Position numbers and translations under genes: made by a program. Below the pieces are notes generated by a model that made no database searches, was not told the DNA's origin, and saw nothing but the letters and a program-made list of their open reading frames with translations. A DNA stretch of 64,000 bases from Vezdaea acicularis (taxonomy: Eukaryota), in contig JAPEUI010000048.1 of the NCBI GenBank assembly GCA_026025075.1, positions 1 to 64,000 of the forward strand, given 5' to 3'. Positions 37,522-49,088 of the stretch are shown piece after piece (the first letter of the stretch is position 1; every line of letters starts with the position of its first letter).

Positions 37522-39006
37522 ATGTCGTTTTCGCCAATTTCCCAGTGTTGTGTCCTGACGGCATCACGCCTGGTCACCAAACCATCGCTGAGCGCACTTC
37601 CTACTCGCCCTTCGGCTTTACGACTAGATAGCTGTACGTCATGGAGATCTCTACATGGAACTGGAAGCTTCCTTCTTCCGCGCAGGAGAGACTTTTTCTC
37701 CTCCAACGCTTCATTGAGTCAATCACAGCCTGCGAAAGCTAAAAATGAAGACGCGGAATCGTTGCATGGACCAAAGAAAAGATCCGCCAGGTCACCGGCC
37801 AGTAAAACGTCTCTGAGAAGGGTGGCCGTAGAAGCGCAAAGATCTCGGGAGGGCGCCATGAAAGAGTCGGCCACAAGTACGGAGACCCATAAGGCGAAGG
37901 TGAGAACTTACTTTCTCTCCTTGACCTGGCATGGCTAATCATCCAGGCAGACCGTAACTGCATATTGTGCCGCTGAGCGGTATGACATATCTGCAGTTGC
38001 CCAAATCTTGAAATCCGAACGGTATAAAATCGATCCCTTCCAGACTGGCTTGTATCCTCAAGTTGTACACATTCGGGTTGCACAAGATCAGGAAACTGGG
38101 GTTGCAAGTAAGGACGGAATTACAAAGACAGGGGAAGCGGGCGACGTTTTCATATTTCCCTCCGGCACTGTGGTGGCTTGGGCAGTCCCCGACATCATCA
38201 CATCACATCTCGTCAAAGTCACACTGCTTCCTGCTGCAGAAAACCCACACCTAAGAGAAATGGAGAAAGAAGACCTTGACTACGTGGAGGACCCATCGAG
38301 GGAGAACAGTAGCATCAAGGGTGATACGATTATTCTTGGTACCAAACCAACAGCGGTGAGTGACCTGGACACCATTTCCGGCTCTAAGGACATGAAATCC
38401 ACAGGGCAGCAGCAAGAGATCGTCGATGATATTCTAGCAAAGATAGCGTTTTCCTCCGGCCTTGCCCGCTCGACAAAACTCGCAGTCCTCGAAACGCTGC
38501 TAGGCAACTACTTCGACTCAACGCGATCAATACCCACCTTGCTCTCACGCGGTTCTCGCTTGCCATATACCCGTTCCTTCATTTTGCGCAAAACGGGTCA
38601 GTTGCTTAGCCTCCGAGCCCAACTAAACCTCTACTCTGAACTCACAGACTCATTACCCGACATATTCTGGGACAGCAGGCACGACCTTGGCCTCGAGGGG
38701 TATTATGACCAAGTAGGTCGAGCTCTAGACGTAGGCATCCGTATCAAGACGCTCAACGAGAAAATGGACTATGCGCAAGAAATCGCGAGCGTGCTTCGGG
38801 AGCGGCTCAGTGAGAAACATGGGCTCGTGCTCGAGTGGATGATCATCGCGTTGATTGCTGTTGAGGTTGGCTTCGAGATCAATCGGTTATGGAAGGAGAG
38901 GCGTGAAGAAAAGACGAAAGATAAGGATCAGCTCGTGAAGGACGTTCTCAGGATTATAGAGGCTCGGGACGCCGCACGATCTAGTGTGCATGTTCCGGCT
39001 GATTGA
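37522..39006 (+). CDS. DUF155/RMD1-family mitochondrial protein (Mrx10/RMND1-like)
   Basis: Basic S/R-rich targeting peptide, TAYCAAERYDI, VFIFPSGTVVAW, AFSSGLARSTKLAVLE, LTDSLPDIFWD, LDVGIRIKTLNEKMDYA, LEWMIIALIAVE. One intron near 37900-37950. Confidence 0.92.
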
Positions 39007-39179
39007 ACAGGCAATCATTCAGGACTAGGCGTTTACAGGTGCTCTCTCTACTCCGATTTAAAGGCTTGCGTCGAGCGTTGTTAGCGAACCGATACCATAG
39101 TCAGTAGGTGCCGTGTCAGGAAGAGTCCTCTCCATGTATCGATATGCTCTACTTCTCCATAGTCTATCAACCCCTTTTG

Positions 39180-40082
39180 TCACCCGAGCTTTCTTCCCCA
39201 ACGCTGCTCCATCCCCTCAAAGTAAGTCGGTGGCGGCATCGCCACTCTCACCTCCTCTCCGCCTCTAATCCTAACCTCATCATGCAAACTAATCTCCCTC
39301 AACCCATCCTCCTCAGCATCCTGCCGCACCCCACCCATCTCCTCCCGCACAGCCTCATCTCCACTCATCCCCCACCTCGCCTTCACCTCCCCCACCCATT
39401 CCGCCTGCCTCCTCACCCTCCTCACCAGCCAGAAAAGCGCACACGCAAGCAGCGCCACTCCCGCCACCGCGCCAAACGCAATACTAGCCTCTGCCCCAGC
39501 CGTCAAGCCACTCGCGGCGCCCGTATCGTTTCGCGCGCCAATCGTCCCCGCAGCTGCGCCCCCTGACGCAAGCGCCGCCCCCGCCCCCACAGCTACCGGC
39601 GTCGTCCCCGCCATACGGGTTGTGGATAAGGTGACGGTAAAAGTGCTATAGAGCCTCGCGACACAGACGCCGCTGCGGCACTCCTCTGCCTTGTCGCAGC
39701 ATTTGGTCCAGCAGGAAGTTTTGTCCGGGGGGCACCACGTGGGGCAGACGCCGGTCGGGTCGGTGCAGGAGGGATGTGCGTTGGAGGTTAGAAGGGAACA
39801 GTATCCGAAAGTACAGTTCCAGTCTGTGATCACAGGGTGGTTAGTCGGTGCGGGAAATAGGGGAAAGGAGCGAGTGAGTAGACGGAAGGAATGGACGGGG
39901 CGGAGAAAGGGAGAGGTACTGGTGGCGCAGCAATAGGAGGGCGTGGTGCCTTCGCAAGGCGTGTCTCCTGATTCAAGTATAGGGGGCAAGGAGTGGGTAG
40001 GGCCGCTGTAACAGGAGCGCGTGTCGTTGATAGGTCGGGAGAGAGGTGGGTGAAGGAGGGGTTGGGATGCGGGATGCATCAT
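39180..40082 (-). CDS. Cys-rich single-pass membrane protein with C-terminal PPxY motif
   Basis: About 14 Cys in the N-terminal half, T-rich linker, TM segment ASIAFGAVAGVALLACALFWLV followed by RRVRR, and tail MPPPTY. Probable in-frame intron 39824-39919. Confidence 0.65.
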   Translation of the reverse strand: MMHPASQPLLHPPLSRPINDTRSCYSGPTHSLPPILESGDTPCEGTTPSYCCATSTSPFLRPVHSFRLLTRSFPLFPAPTNHPVITDWNCTFGYCSLLTSNAHPSCTDPTGVCPTWCPPDKTSCWTKCCDKAEECRSGVCVARLYSTFTVTLSTTRMAGTTPVAVGAGAALASGGAAAGTIGARNDTGAASGLTAGAEASIAFGAVAGVALLACALFWLVRRVRRQAEWVGEVKARWGMSGDEAVREEMGGVRQDAEEDGLREISLHDEVRIRGGEEVRVAMPPPTYFEGMEQRWGRKLG

Positions 40083-40287
40083 GATTCGCTGCTGAAGGGA
40101 GAGATTTTGGAGCAGATATAAGGAACAAGACTAGGATGTAGCAACAGCTGTAGAAGAAAAGATCTCGTTTCACTGTTTTAAAATCAGGCGGCTTTGGATC
40201 AAAAAGTGAATAGTCACGGGCATGGCGATAAGTGAATTTGGGGTTTGGACTCCGAGTTTGAGAAGCATTTGATTATCCTGGGATAAT

Positions 40288-41434
40288 TCATTCATCAAAA
40301 GCTTTCAATGCTCTAGTAAGTATACGCCGTCCCTCCATCTCATTGGTTTTGCCCTTGAGATCTGGTCTGTAGTATGCCTTGACGATGCGAGCAACAGCAT
40401 GGAGAATGGTGTACCTACACAGTGAACTTAGTAATGCGTCTAGAATGGCCGTTATGCAGAGATTACTCGCTTGACGAGTGAATGAGGGGTCGAAGTACAT
40501 TTTTTCAATATCCGAGTAACAGCAAAGTGCTAAAGTAAGATATACTATGGTATAATAAGAGCAGAACAAGTCTGTGCAAGACCAAAGTAGAGAGAAGTAG
40601 AGGAGCAGAAACTTACAATAACAGCCTGATTGTCCTGTTAGAACGAAACCCACGCTTCTCAAGCCAGTACCAGGCACCCTCCTCTTTGCACAAGCTGTTC
40701 CAGTCGTACCCTAACTCTTCGAGATCCATATCGCCCCAGTCGAACCACTCATAAAATGAAATCAATTTTCCTTTTTTCACATCGCTCAGGGCCCACATCC
40801 ATCTCCGCACAGAACCCCTTATATCTTCGTAAGGGATCATGAGAGAGATGTCTTCTGCATCCTGTAATATAGATTCTAGGAGCCGAGTGAAGGCAATCTT
40901 CCAAGTACAGAACGATTGACTGGGGATAGGTATATTCAAGCTGCGTAATGACTCAAAATCCTTGGAAGTCAGTCGAGCGATCCTTTCATGTTCTAAGAGC
41001 TCCTGCGGTAAGGGCGGTTCAGGAGGAAAGGGGCCCGGCGGAGCGGTCGTGAGGAGGAAAGACTGGTGTGTTGATGACTTCTGACTTGAGAGGTAAAGTA
41101 CGGTTGGGAGAAACGAAGAAGGGACTGGCAATGAGGATGAGCATTCATCATGTAAATCGAGTAGCCGAGCTAGCTTTTCCGGGGCGTAAGCCTCAAGTCT
41201 AAGAGGGGGCGAGTTATGTGCAGGTGTTTGGTAGATATAAAGATTGACACAATTAGGTAGGCGTATGGTATAAGCACGCACGACTACACTTGTACTCTTA
41301 GATCTGTTAATCGTAACAGCACCGTAAGAATCATTCAAAGAGACTAGAAACTCATTGAAGTCCGGCGAAAGTAAAGATAGGCATTTCTGATGCGGAAAGG
41401 TATCAGGGGTCTGAGAGGGCACAGTACCAGGCAT
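40288..41434 (-). CDS. Degenerate aminoglycoside-phosphotransferase (kinase-like fold) family protein
   Basis: WKIAFTRLLESILQDAEDISLMIPYEDIR and RLLL|YTILHAVARIVKAYYRP...GRRILTRAL resemble a conserved fungal APH-like family. One intron of about 200 nt. Confidence 0.6.
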
Positions 41435-42121
41435 TTTGAAAGGCTTGAGCCCGAGCTTCAAGCTGGAGTGAATAGAAGAAGAGAACGATCCTTTACTTCA
41501 AGGCTGAAGCCGTTCAGACCTATAAGTAACGTAACGGGGCTAAGACCAAGAGACAACGAGAGGAAAAAGGCTAAGGAATGGCTCGGCTATCCCTCGCAGG
41601 GGATTTGAAGTATGAGACTTCGAGTGTGAAGGCATGGCCAGGGGCACAAGCCTTCTGCATCGGCAGTGACTCTGCATTGGCATTGTCGTCGATCTGATGC
41701 AGGGTGACAAACGCTGAGGGTCACGGGGGTTCTCCTTGAGGGGACGACCCAGGCAGTTGCTCGATGGAGGAGGGAGAAGTTGGCTGGAAGGGGACTTGGT
41801 GGCTTGACGAGACTCGCTTCGGCCCACCAATGAAGCCGAACTGTTTAGCGAGGATGAAGCAGGCGGTGGAGGTCTATGGGAGGTGGCAGCAGCGCCGCAA
41901 GAGTTAGGCGATGGTGGGCAAGCCGGTTCGAAGACAGTTGGAAGATAGAAAAGCGTTCAAAGACCGCCCAGATTATACGTCCAGGGCATCCACGCGGCAG
42001 ATGCAGAGCCAGCGGCCCGAGAGGCGTCTTGGTACGCGAGCACGCATGGGCCTCAGCACATCTGTCGCATCGGTAGCACCTGTGCGAGTACGAGCATCCC
42101 TTCCTACATGTCCTTGGCTTC

Positions 42122-43459
42122 CTACGGTGAGGCTATTTGCCCTGATAGACCGGCGCCAAGGACGCTCGCACCGTTTTTATGACCGTCGTCTGTGGCTCCC
42201 GTTGGTGTGCTCGTCTTGAAAGGGGTAGTTGCGTCGGATTCAGACGGAGAATGGCATATCTCCGCTAGATTGTACCGCTTGAGCTTTGCGTAGTCCTGCC
42301 CCACCACTGCAAGTCCACAGATGTTCTGGTTTCATCAGCCGAAGACGTCCCGTACGAAGACTCGCATTAGGAGCTCCGTGTGGCCCGTGTAAAAGCCCGA
42401 ACGTACCTTGTACACCTCCACGAGAATGACAAGGTCCGGGTTCTGAAGGTCAACCCGGTGGTCAGGGCCCACAACTGAGGCAACCGTCTGGATTACGACT
42501 TCCCTTCGGAGAATGTTTGAGTTACGAGTGGTTGGACGAATCGCGAACTGTTGCAAGCGATGTCCTCGCCAAACGTCAGCCAATCTGATGGTAAGGACTA
42601 CCCGGCGAGGAGAACAGACGTAATGCCTTACCGTATGTCGTGGAACCCCTACATCATGGAAATAGGGCTTCAACACCTTTTCAGCTGTCTCCCGTAGCCC
42701 GGCCTCTGTTGCCTTCCCTATCAATGTCATGGGTGTAAGGCGCTTAATGGATCGGCTGTGCTTCTGACGCGAGGTAGAGGCATCAGTGCAGATGCGGTGT
42801 ACCAAGGTCGTCGGTACAATCGGGGCCTTGGTCTTGAAGAAGAGGACTGTGGCATTCAACAACTTGTCCTTGGCATTCTGTGGGAGGCGTGTGACTTACC
42901 ACAGACCATGTCACTGACCTTGACGTTGGTAAAGAGCCTCTCGTGTCTGCTTGCATGCAGGCCTTGCACCTCGTGACGAATCTCGGCCTCAATATCGTCC
43001 GGCTCATCTGTTTTGCCTTCTGCATCTTCTGTCTGCGCTGAGCCGTCTTTCAAGAGGTCGGTGGTGTACTAGCGGTGCTTACCATCAGCTTTGCAAGGAA
43101 TTGAGGAAAGCACAGTCCGTCCGATTAGCCCAATATGATATTGCTTACTTGCTCGAGAATGGCTTTGAAGTCTCCCACGCTCTGAGCCTCCTTGTTCATT
43201 TCGCATGTGACCCAAATTCCACTATCCCCAGGCTCAATGATTGAACTTATTGATTTTCGATACTCATTCTTAGCATGTTGATTGGGTGTTTGCCATGTTT
43301 TACCCCTCTAGTTGCAGTCAGCTACGTGCCTGCTTGTGTGCGGCATTCGCCAATTGCATCCGGGTTGACATGGAAATAAAGCACCAAAGCTACCTTCTTT
43401 TTGCCGTCGTTTTGATTTGACCAGCTGTCCTCAGCTTTACGCTTGGTCGGAGGGTTCAT
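42122..43459 (-). CDS. TAN1: THUMP-domain tRNA acetylation adaptor Tan1
   Basis: IEPGDSGIWVTC, DDIEAEIRHEV, VLFFKTKAPIVP, SRSIKRLTPMT, FAIRPTTRN, HRVDLQNPDLVILVEVYK, DYAKLKRYNLAEI across several exons. Confidence 0.88.
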
Positions 43460-43868
43460 TTTGGCATTCTTGAGAAAACCTCACAGGTTAAGTGAACTGT
43501 TGTAAAGGATATGGAGAGCAAGGTTGGCACTTCTCGCCTACAGCTTGTCGAAGCTGCACCAGGGCAGATGCCTACAAATCAACAACTTAGGAACACTTGG
43601 TTTTGCAGATGCGATAATAGTTGACAAAGCTATTCTCCAGTGGAATTAGAGATAGTAGGAACTTGAAATTTGGTGGAGAGGTAAGTTCATTTAACGCAAA
43701 AATCATCTGGCGATAGACCAAAACGTAGAACCTCGCCGCTGAACCCTAAGGCCTAGCAAGATGATATACTGTGATACAATAACAATTCAGCCGACGAGGA
43801 TAATGCCAAAAGTTCTCGGAACGCCGAACCATGCTTGTCTCGAAACTGTCACGGCACGTCGCTTTCAG

Positions 43869-45598
43869 TCAGCCCCGCGCAAATGCTTCCCCCCCCGCCC
43901 CAAAACCAGCTAATTCCAATTGTCTTTTCATTTCACCTTCTCTGCTTTGTTCATCCCCTCCATTCTCACCATCAATACCTACTAGTGCTGCCCTTGCCGC
44001 GTCTCTTGCCTTGTCAGCCATGATCTTATCAGATTCTTCGTCTCCCATAACAACGTCACCATTATCAGGAGAGGTAAATCCTGTTGTGTTTGGCTGGTGA
44101 GCGTGAGCACTTCCGTTATCTAGAAGAGCCTGGTAGTCGGTTTGCTCATCGTCCCCAAGCTGTGGGTGATTATGCGAGTCGAGTTGGTCGTTAAACGCTC
44201 GACCCGACCCAGCGTTAGGATTGAATCGAACAAGTGATTGAACTTCTTCCATTATTTGCGGATCGAGAGGGATGCCAGAGTAGTCCTGCATGCTATGCGT
44301 ATTCGGCAATGGTGAGTCTAACGGCTGCACATACTCAACACGACGTGTCTGCTCATTATCGGTGGTGGACGGCTGTTGTTCAGGGGAATCATCTACGTCT
44401 AAGGGAACGCGAGTGCTTGGAAGACTCAAGATCCGACCAGCAGCACTAACGCCACCTTGGCCTGCAACTCCATTAGGGCGTTTAATAGGGGTGCCATCTG
44501 CCCGAACGACGGGTGCTTTTGCCATCTCTTTGCAGTCTTCGCAATTCCGGATAACAAGACTGACCGTTTCCTTGATACGGACCCAATGATACTTCTCTGC
44601 AATTGTGGCCGTGGTTTTATTGATGCCGCCATGCTGTTGCACATGCACGCTACGGGCGATCTCATATTGCCGTTGAGGGTCTGAGATGACCTCCTTGTCT
44701 TTGAGCATAAGCTTGTCGCCTTCAAGTAATTTGTAGTGAGTTGCAGCGCTTCTAAGACGGCTCTTCTCTGCTCGATCAGCGCCATTAGGGTATTTGCCAT
44801 GTTTCAAATAGAATTTGATCTTATCAAACCGCTCTTCGCTAACAAAGTCCTCGCCTTCAGGTCCAAGGTCTCGTCCATAAATAATAGCGTCAATGAGCTG
44901 GTCAGGATACGACTTCAAGTTCCCGCAGCCTTTGACTCGGCCAATCCTTTTGAAGCCAAGAGCATCCCAGATACGGCACGAAGCAACATTCGTTTCGTAA
45001 ACCAAGTTGAACACTGAATATGTATAACCCTTTCGTTCGCTATCAATGAAAAGACCTTGAGACCTACAAGATATGATCTTGTATCACTTACCAACATTGG
45101 GGCCCATTCAAGGTAACCCTCACCCATGAGCCTCCCGACACCCCTATTTCGGGACGCATCGGTAACAAGGAAACCCCCATTGCAGACGTGGCTACTTCTA
45201 CCAGGATAATTCGGTTTGATATAGAAACTCCCCAGGCATTCTTTGCTCCAGTCTTTGCCATCTTGCACGTCTTCCACTCGGTCGATACTCCCTAACAACA
45301 TCACCGCGCCAAAAGTTGCGAACCAGTAAAGACCAAATTTTTCAACAGTCATAGGTTCAACGAAAGGATACGTATCCCCTTTCTCAATTTCTCGATTCAG
45401 CTGATCGCATAGGTATGCAACAAGAGAGGAGGGCAGTTGATCTGCGGAGGACAAAGGGACAAGAGTTGCGATTGTGATTCGATCTCGCAACGTGACTTGA
45501 CGAGGGTATATCTCTGTAAGAGGCATACTCGAATATGGATAGTCTCCAGAAGTACGGGAGATGGGCTGAGAATCTGGGTCATCAAGCATCGCTGGCAT
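43869..45598 (-). CDS. SPT10: Spt10-like histone acetyltransferase (GNAT + H2C2 zinc finger)
   Basis: EIEKGDTYP, LGSFYIKPNYPGRSSHVCNGGFLV, RNRGVGRLMGE, FNLVYETNVASCRIWDALGFKRIG, and HVQQHGGINKT...YHW...CEDC. One intron near 45030-45090. Confidence 0.92.
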
Positions 45599-46056
45599 CT
45601 TGAAATTTGATACGAACCAAAAGTCCTACTTCGGATCTGGAAAACGATATAATGAGCAAAGCCTTGGTTCTGAAGTCTAAAAGCACTCATTCGGCGGGAA
45701 AAGCACGTAATAAGAGTGTGACATCGCTTCTGGAAAGTTCTTTCATGAATACTGAATACTGACATATTCGTTGGTGGGGCTTTTGCCCTAGACGCAGGGC
45801 GCGCCTCTGCGCCGATGTTGACAAAAGTTTCGATTTTGGGATATCTGCAGGGCGTGGTGTATACAGGAGTCTGACTGGTGCTGAGATGTAGGTGGTGAAA
45901 TCTCAGTCCAACGCAAGTAAAGTTGAGTCCGGGATGCCCGGCCGCGCTTAGCCGAGACTGACTGGTGCAAGCGCAGTAAGTCGCATTATCAACATACGAC
46001 ATACGACATTCCATCACATTGTCGAGAAGAGCTATTCATGAATGCTATGCAGATAA

Positions 46057-48814
46057 TTACGTGCTAGCTCTTCGGCTCAAACTGCTGCTCCGGCTATCCT
46101 CCTCGCTATCTTCTACACTCAGTGATCTAATCTTGAAGATGCTCGTGCTCCATTCCCCAAATGCATCAACATTCAATATTTCCGATAGCTCTTTTAGGCT
46201 TGTCCCATTCGTACCTGCACGACCATTGCCATGCGCATTGCGCCTGAACGCAGAGTAAAAATCCTCAAAATTCTGCATAACTTTTTCATGCACTGCTCCT
46301 ACAAGGGTCTCCTTCGTCCTCTCGTCGTCGAGATACTCATCGAGCTTCTTCCGGAGAAGTGGAACTTCCATCTCGATACTTGACCTTGTTGAGGCAATAG
46401 ATTTTGCAGCACTGAAACCTTTATGCTCGAATGTGCTATGTGTGAGGTTTGATGACATCCTATCAGCGGCTTGGTTGGTAAATTCAGTGATTACTGTTCT
46501 TAGCCGTCCATCAAGTTCAACCTTTGCGTCAAGCATATCCTCAACTACTCGTGGGACGAGGCCGCCACCCACGAGTCGTACCAGGTTTGCTGGATTAAAA
46601 AGACCCCCTTTCTGGCGAAGGTCCCAGAACGTATTGGTGACATTGGAGAAGTCAAAAGAGATCTCAGGGGTTACGAACTCTATATCGAACGCTAGAATCT
46701 GGGATTTGAGGATCAAAAGATGCTTGATCAAGAAAAGCTGGCCATCTATAGCCGCTGCCTTGCTTGAGATCTGAGCCGCAGCTGAATGCAGCGATGCGGT
46801 GGTTTGGTGCACAATCTGATGGGCTAAGTCATCAAAGACAGTAGACTACACGAGTCAGTTTCGCTTCAGGAAGATTAATAGAGATACAAACGTTTACAAG
46901 CCTATAGATCCTACTGAGTAGCCATATGGCTTTCCTTAACGTCGGGTACCACCCCTGAAATGCGGCCTCTGTGTCGAAGCCCCATTTTGGGTCGTCACCA
47001 TCAGCTTCATCACCAGCTTCATCCACTATCCTCGGTGTTTGGGGCAAAGGCGTCTCCGGTGTCGCGATGGACACTTTCCTGCCAGATGCGGCTACATGAT
47101 TGTTCTTAGTTCCTGATAATAAAGCCCGCCTGTTGTGAGGCGGGTATTCAATATCGGTAGGCGCAGGACGAAACCGCTCAATTTCGTCTCGAAGAATGGC
47201 CTGAGCTCTAAATACAAGTCGTGTTTGTGCATCCTCAAGGATTGGCTGTACGAGTAAGGAAAAGTCGAGCTGGCCTGGCTCGAGTATTTCGGCATCTTCG
47301 TCTTGGTCATGCATGTAGCGAGTTTGGAGGAGAGTGCAGAGCTCACAAAGCTTCAAGATTTGCGTTTCGTGTATTATTCTTGGGCGGAGGTGGTCGTACA
47401 ACGGCTCGCAAACAGACTCTAGAAAGGCATATAAGCTGTCGTCTCCCTCAAACCACTCCCTCCATAGTTCAAACTCGTCAAAGCATACTCCTCGTACGTA
47501 GCCAATACTACTTCGAGAGAACGATACTAAATCTTTTCCTGTGCTTGGCGCTGATGCGATATTCGCAATTTTCTTGCGAACGAGTGGGATAATGAGCTTG
47601 CCACGGGTTGCAGAATAGTTCTGATAGAGCTCATTCATCAAGCTTTGGTACTCTACCTCAGCGCTTCCCTCCACATCATCTGAGACCATTGCCCGTTTCT
47701 GGATCTCCTTTCCCACTGCTTTGAGCTTAGTTGCCCCAACGCGAAACTTTGCGTAGAGTAGAGCAGACATCGTGGTCTCATTGAGCTGTCTATCTGCTAT
47801 TCGCTTCGAGACCTCACCAGAGATTTCTCGTAGAGACGTGACAAAGTGGTTGCGAACCAAAGTGAGAGCGCGTGTCATGAGCAAGCGGTAACGTGCCAAA
47901 TAAGTCCCTGCTTCCTCGTGGGTTGTCTAAACAGATTAGTGAGGGACTTGGTCCTGCTCTAGAGAGCGATACCCACGTGCGACTGCATATATCTCAGACA
48001 ATGATCTAGGGTAGCCAGCATCTCAGAAAACTCTCTTTGACCGACAACGTTTCCTGCGCTAGGAGCATTGAGACGACGTGTCAGAGGCTCAAGGTAATTA
48101 TAGTATTGGATATTCTCATCCAACTCGATCGAAAGCTTCTTCGCTTGCTGCTGGCTGGAGATAATGCCTTCGCACTGCGCTCTAAATGCTGTTGTCTGTG
48201 ACTCTACGGCTTGGAAGGACTCTGAGAGGCTCGACAACAGAGTGAGCGCCGAAGATGTGCTCGACAACAAGTCGTCAATATGTGCTTCAGAGAGTGTGAG
48301 TTGATCCAGGTAAAGTCCAGAATGTAAAGATCAGCCAAAGCTCGTCTTGCCTTTTGCAGCCTACTCACTGGTATTTCTCGTGAGTGGCGTCCTGAAGCAT
48401 GCCATCCAGAGGCGAAATCCATTCCGCCATATCCAGCTCATCTTGAGGGCTGTTCTTCCCCCTTCCTTTTTCTTGGTGCTTCTCAAGGACTCTGTCCTTC
48501 CGCAGCTGCGCCGTGACCACATCGTAGAAATCACTATAAGATCTCGCTCGGCGGCTTAAGGTTGGCTGGGGTGGTCCAATTGAGGGCTGTGGCCTCTCAG
48601 GAACCTCCGCAATACCCTCTACTCGAACCGAGTCAACCTTCGTTGATTCCTAATGGTCAATCAATTTCTTGGACTTCGAGAATGTTCAGATTTGGCCACA
48701 AACATTGGGTTGCTTTAAAAGCGATTCTCTCCGCCGATTTTTGCTTTTATTATACTGGTCATCTTGGTGTTGATTACTCGCTGGCTCAAATGAGTACCAA
48801 GCAGCGTCATACAT
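46057..48814 (-). CDS. COG3: Conserved oligomeric Golgi complex subunit 3 (Sec34)
   Basis: MYDAAWYS..RRRESLLKQPN, FQAVESQTTAFRAQCE, LEPLTRRLNAP, ARYRLLMTRALTLVR, WYPTLRKAIWLLSRIYRLVN, DGQLFLIKHLLILK. Confidence 0.94.
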
Positions 48815-49088
48815 TGCATTTTCAAGCTTATAGCAAGGCTAATGCGGTGTCTTACTTGAGATTCGCTGTGAGTTATTCGTGGTGCTTAGCGGTCAGATGC
48901 GTTCCTAGCTATTGCTACGGTGGTTTTTCTGCTCGACCGTAGAGAAAGTACGGCTGCGCGGACGTTGACACTTGATGATATCGACATTTATTGACAAAGG
49001 TTACGGAAACGAAAATATACCCAATGTCCTGGAATATCGATTCAGTAGACCGGAACAGCTGATGGATGCTGTTTAGAATACTCCAAGC

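Noticed and set aside
43076..43095. Possible 6-nt micro-exon (AAG|CTGATG|GTAAGC) in TAN1
   Set aside because: A single intron using GCTGAT as branch point and CTAG as acceptor gives an in-frame protein. The downstream piece would be too short for an intron.
44520..44660. Integrase-like H2C2 zinc finger suggesting a retroelement
   Set aside because: It is the normal Spt10 domain. There is no RT, integrase core or LTR.
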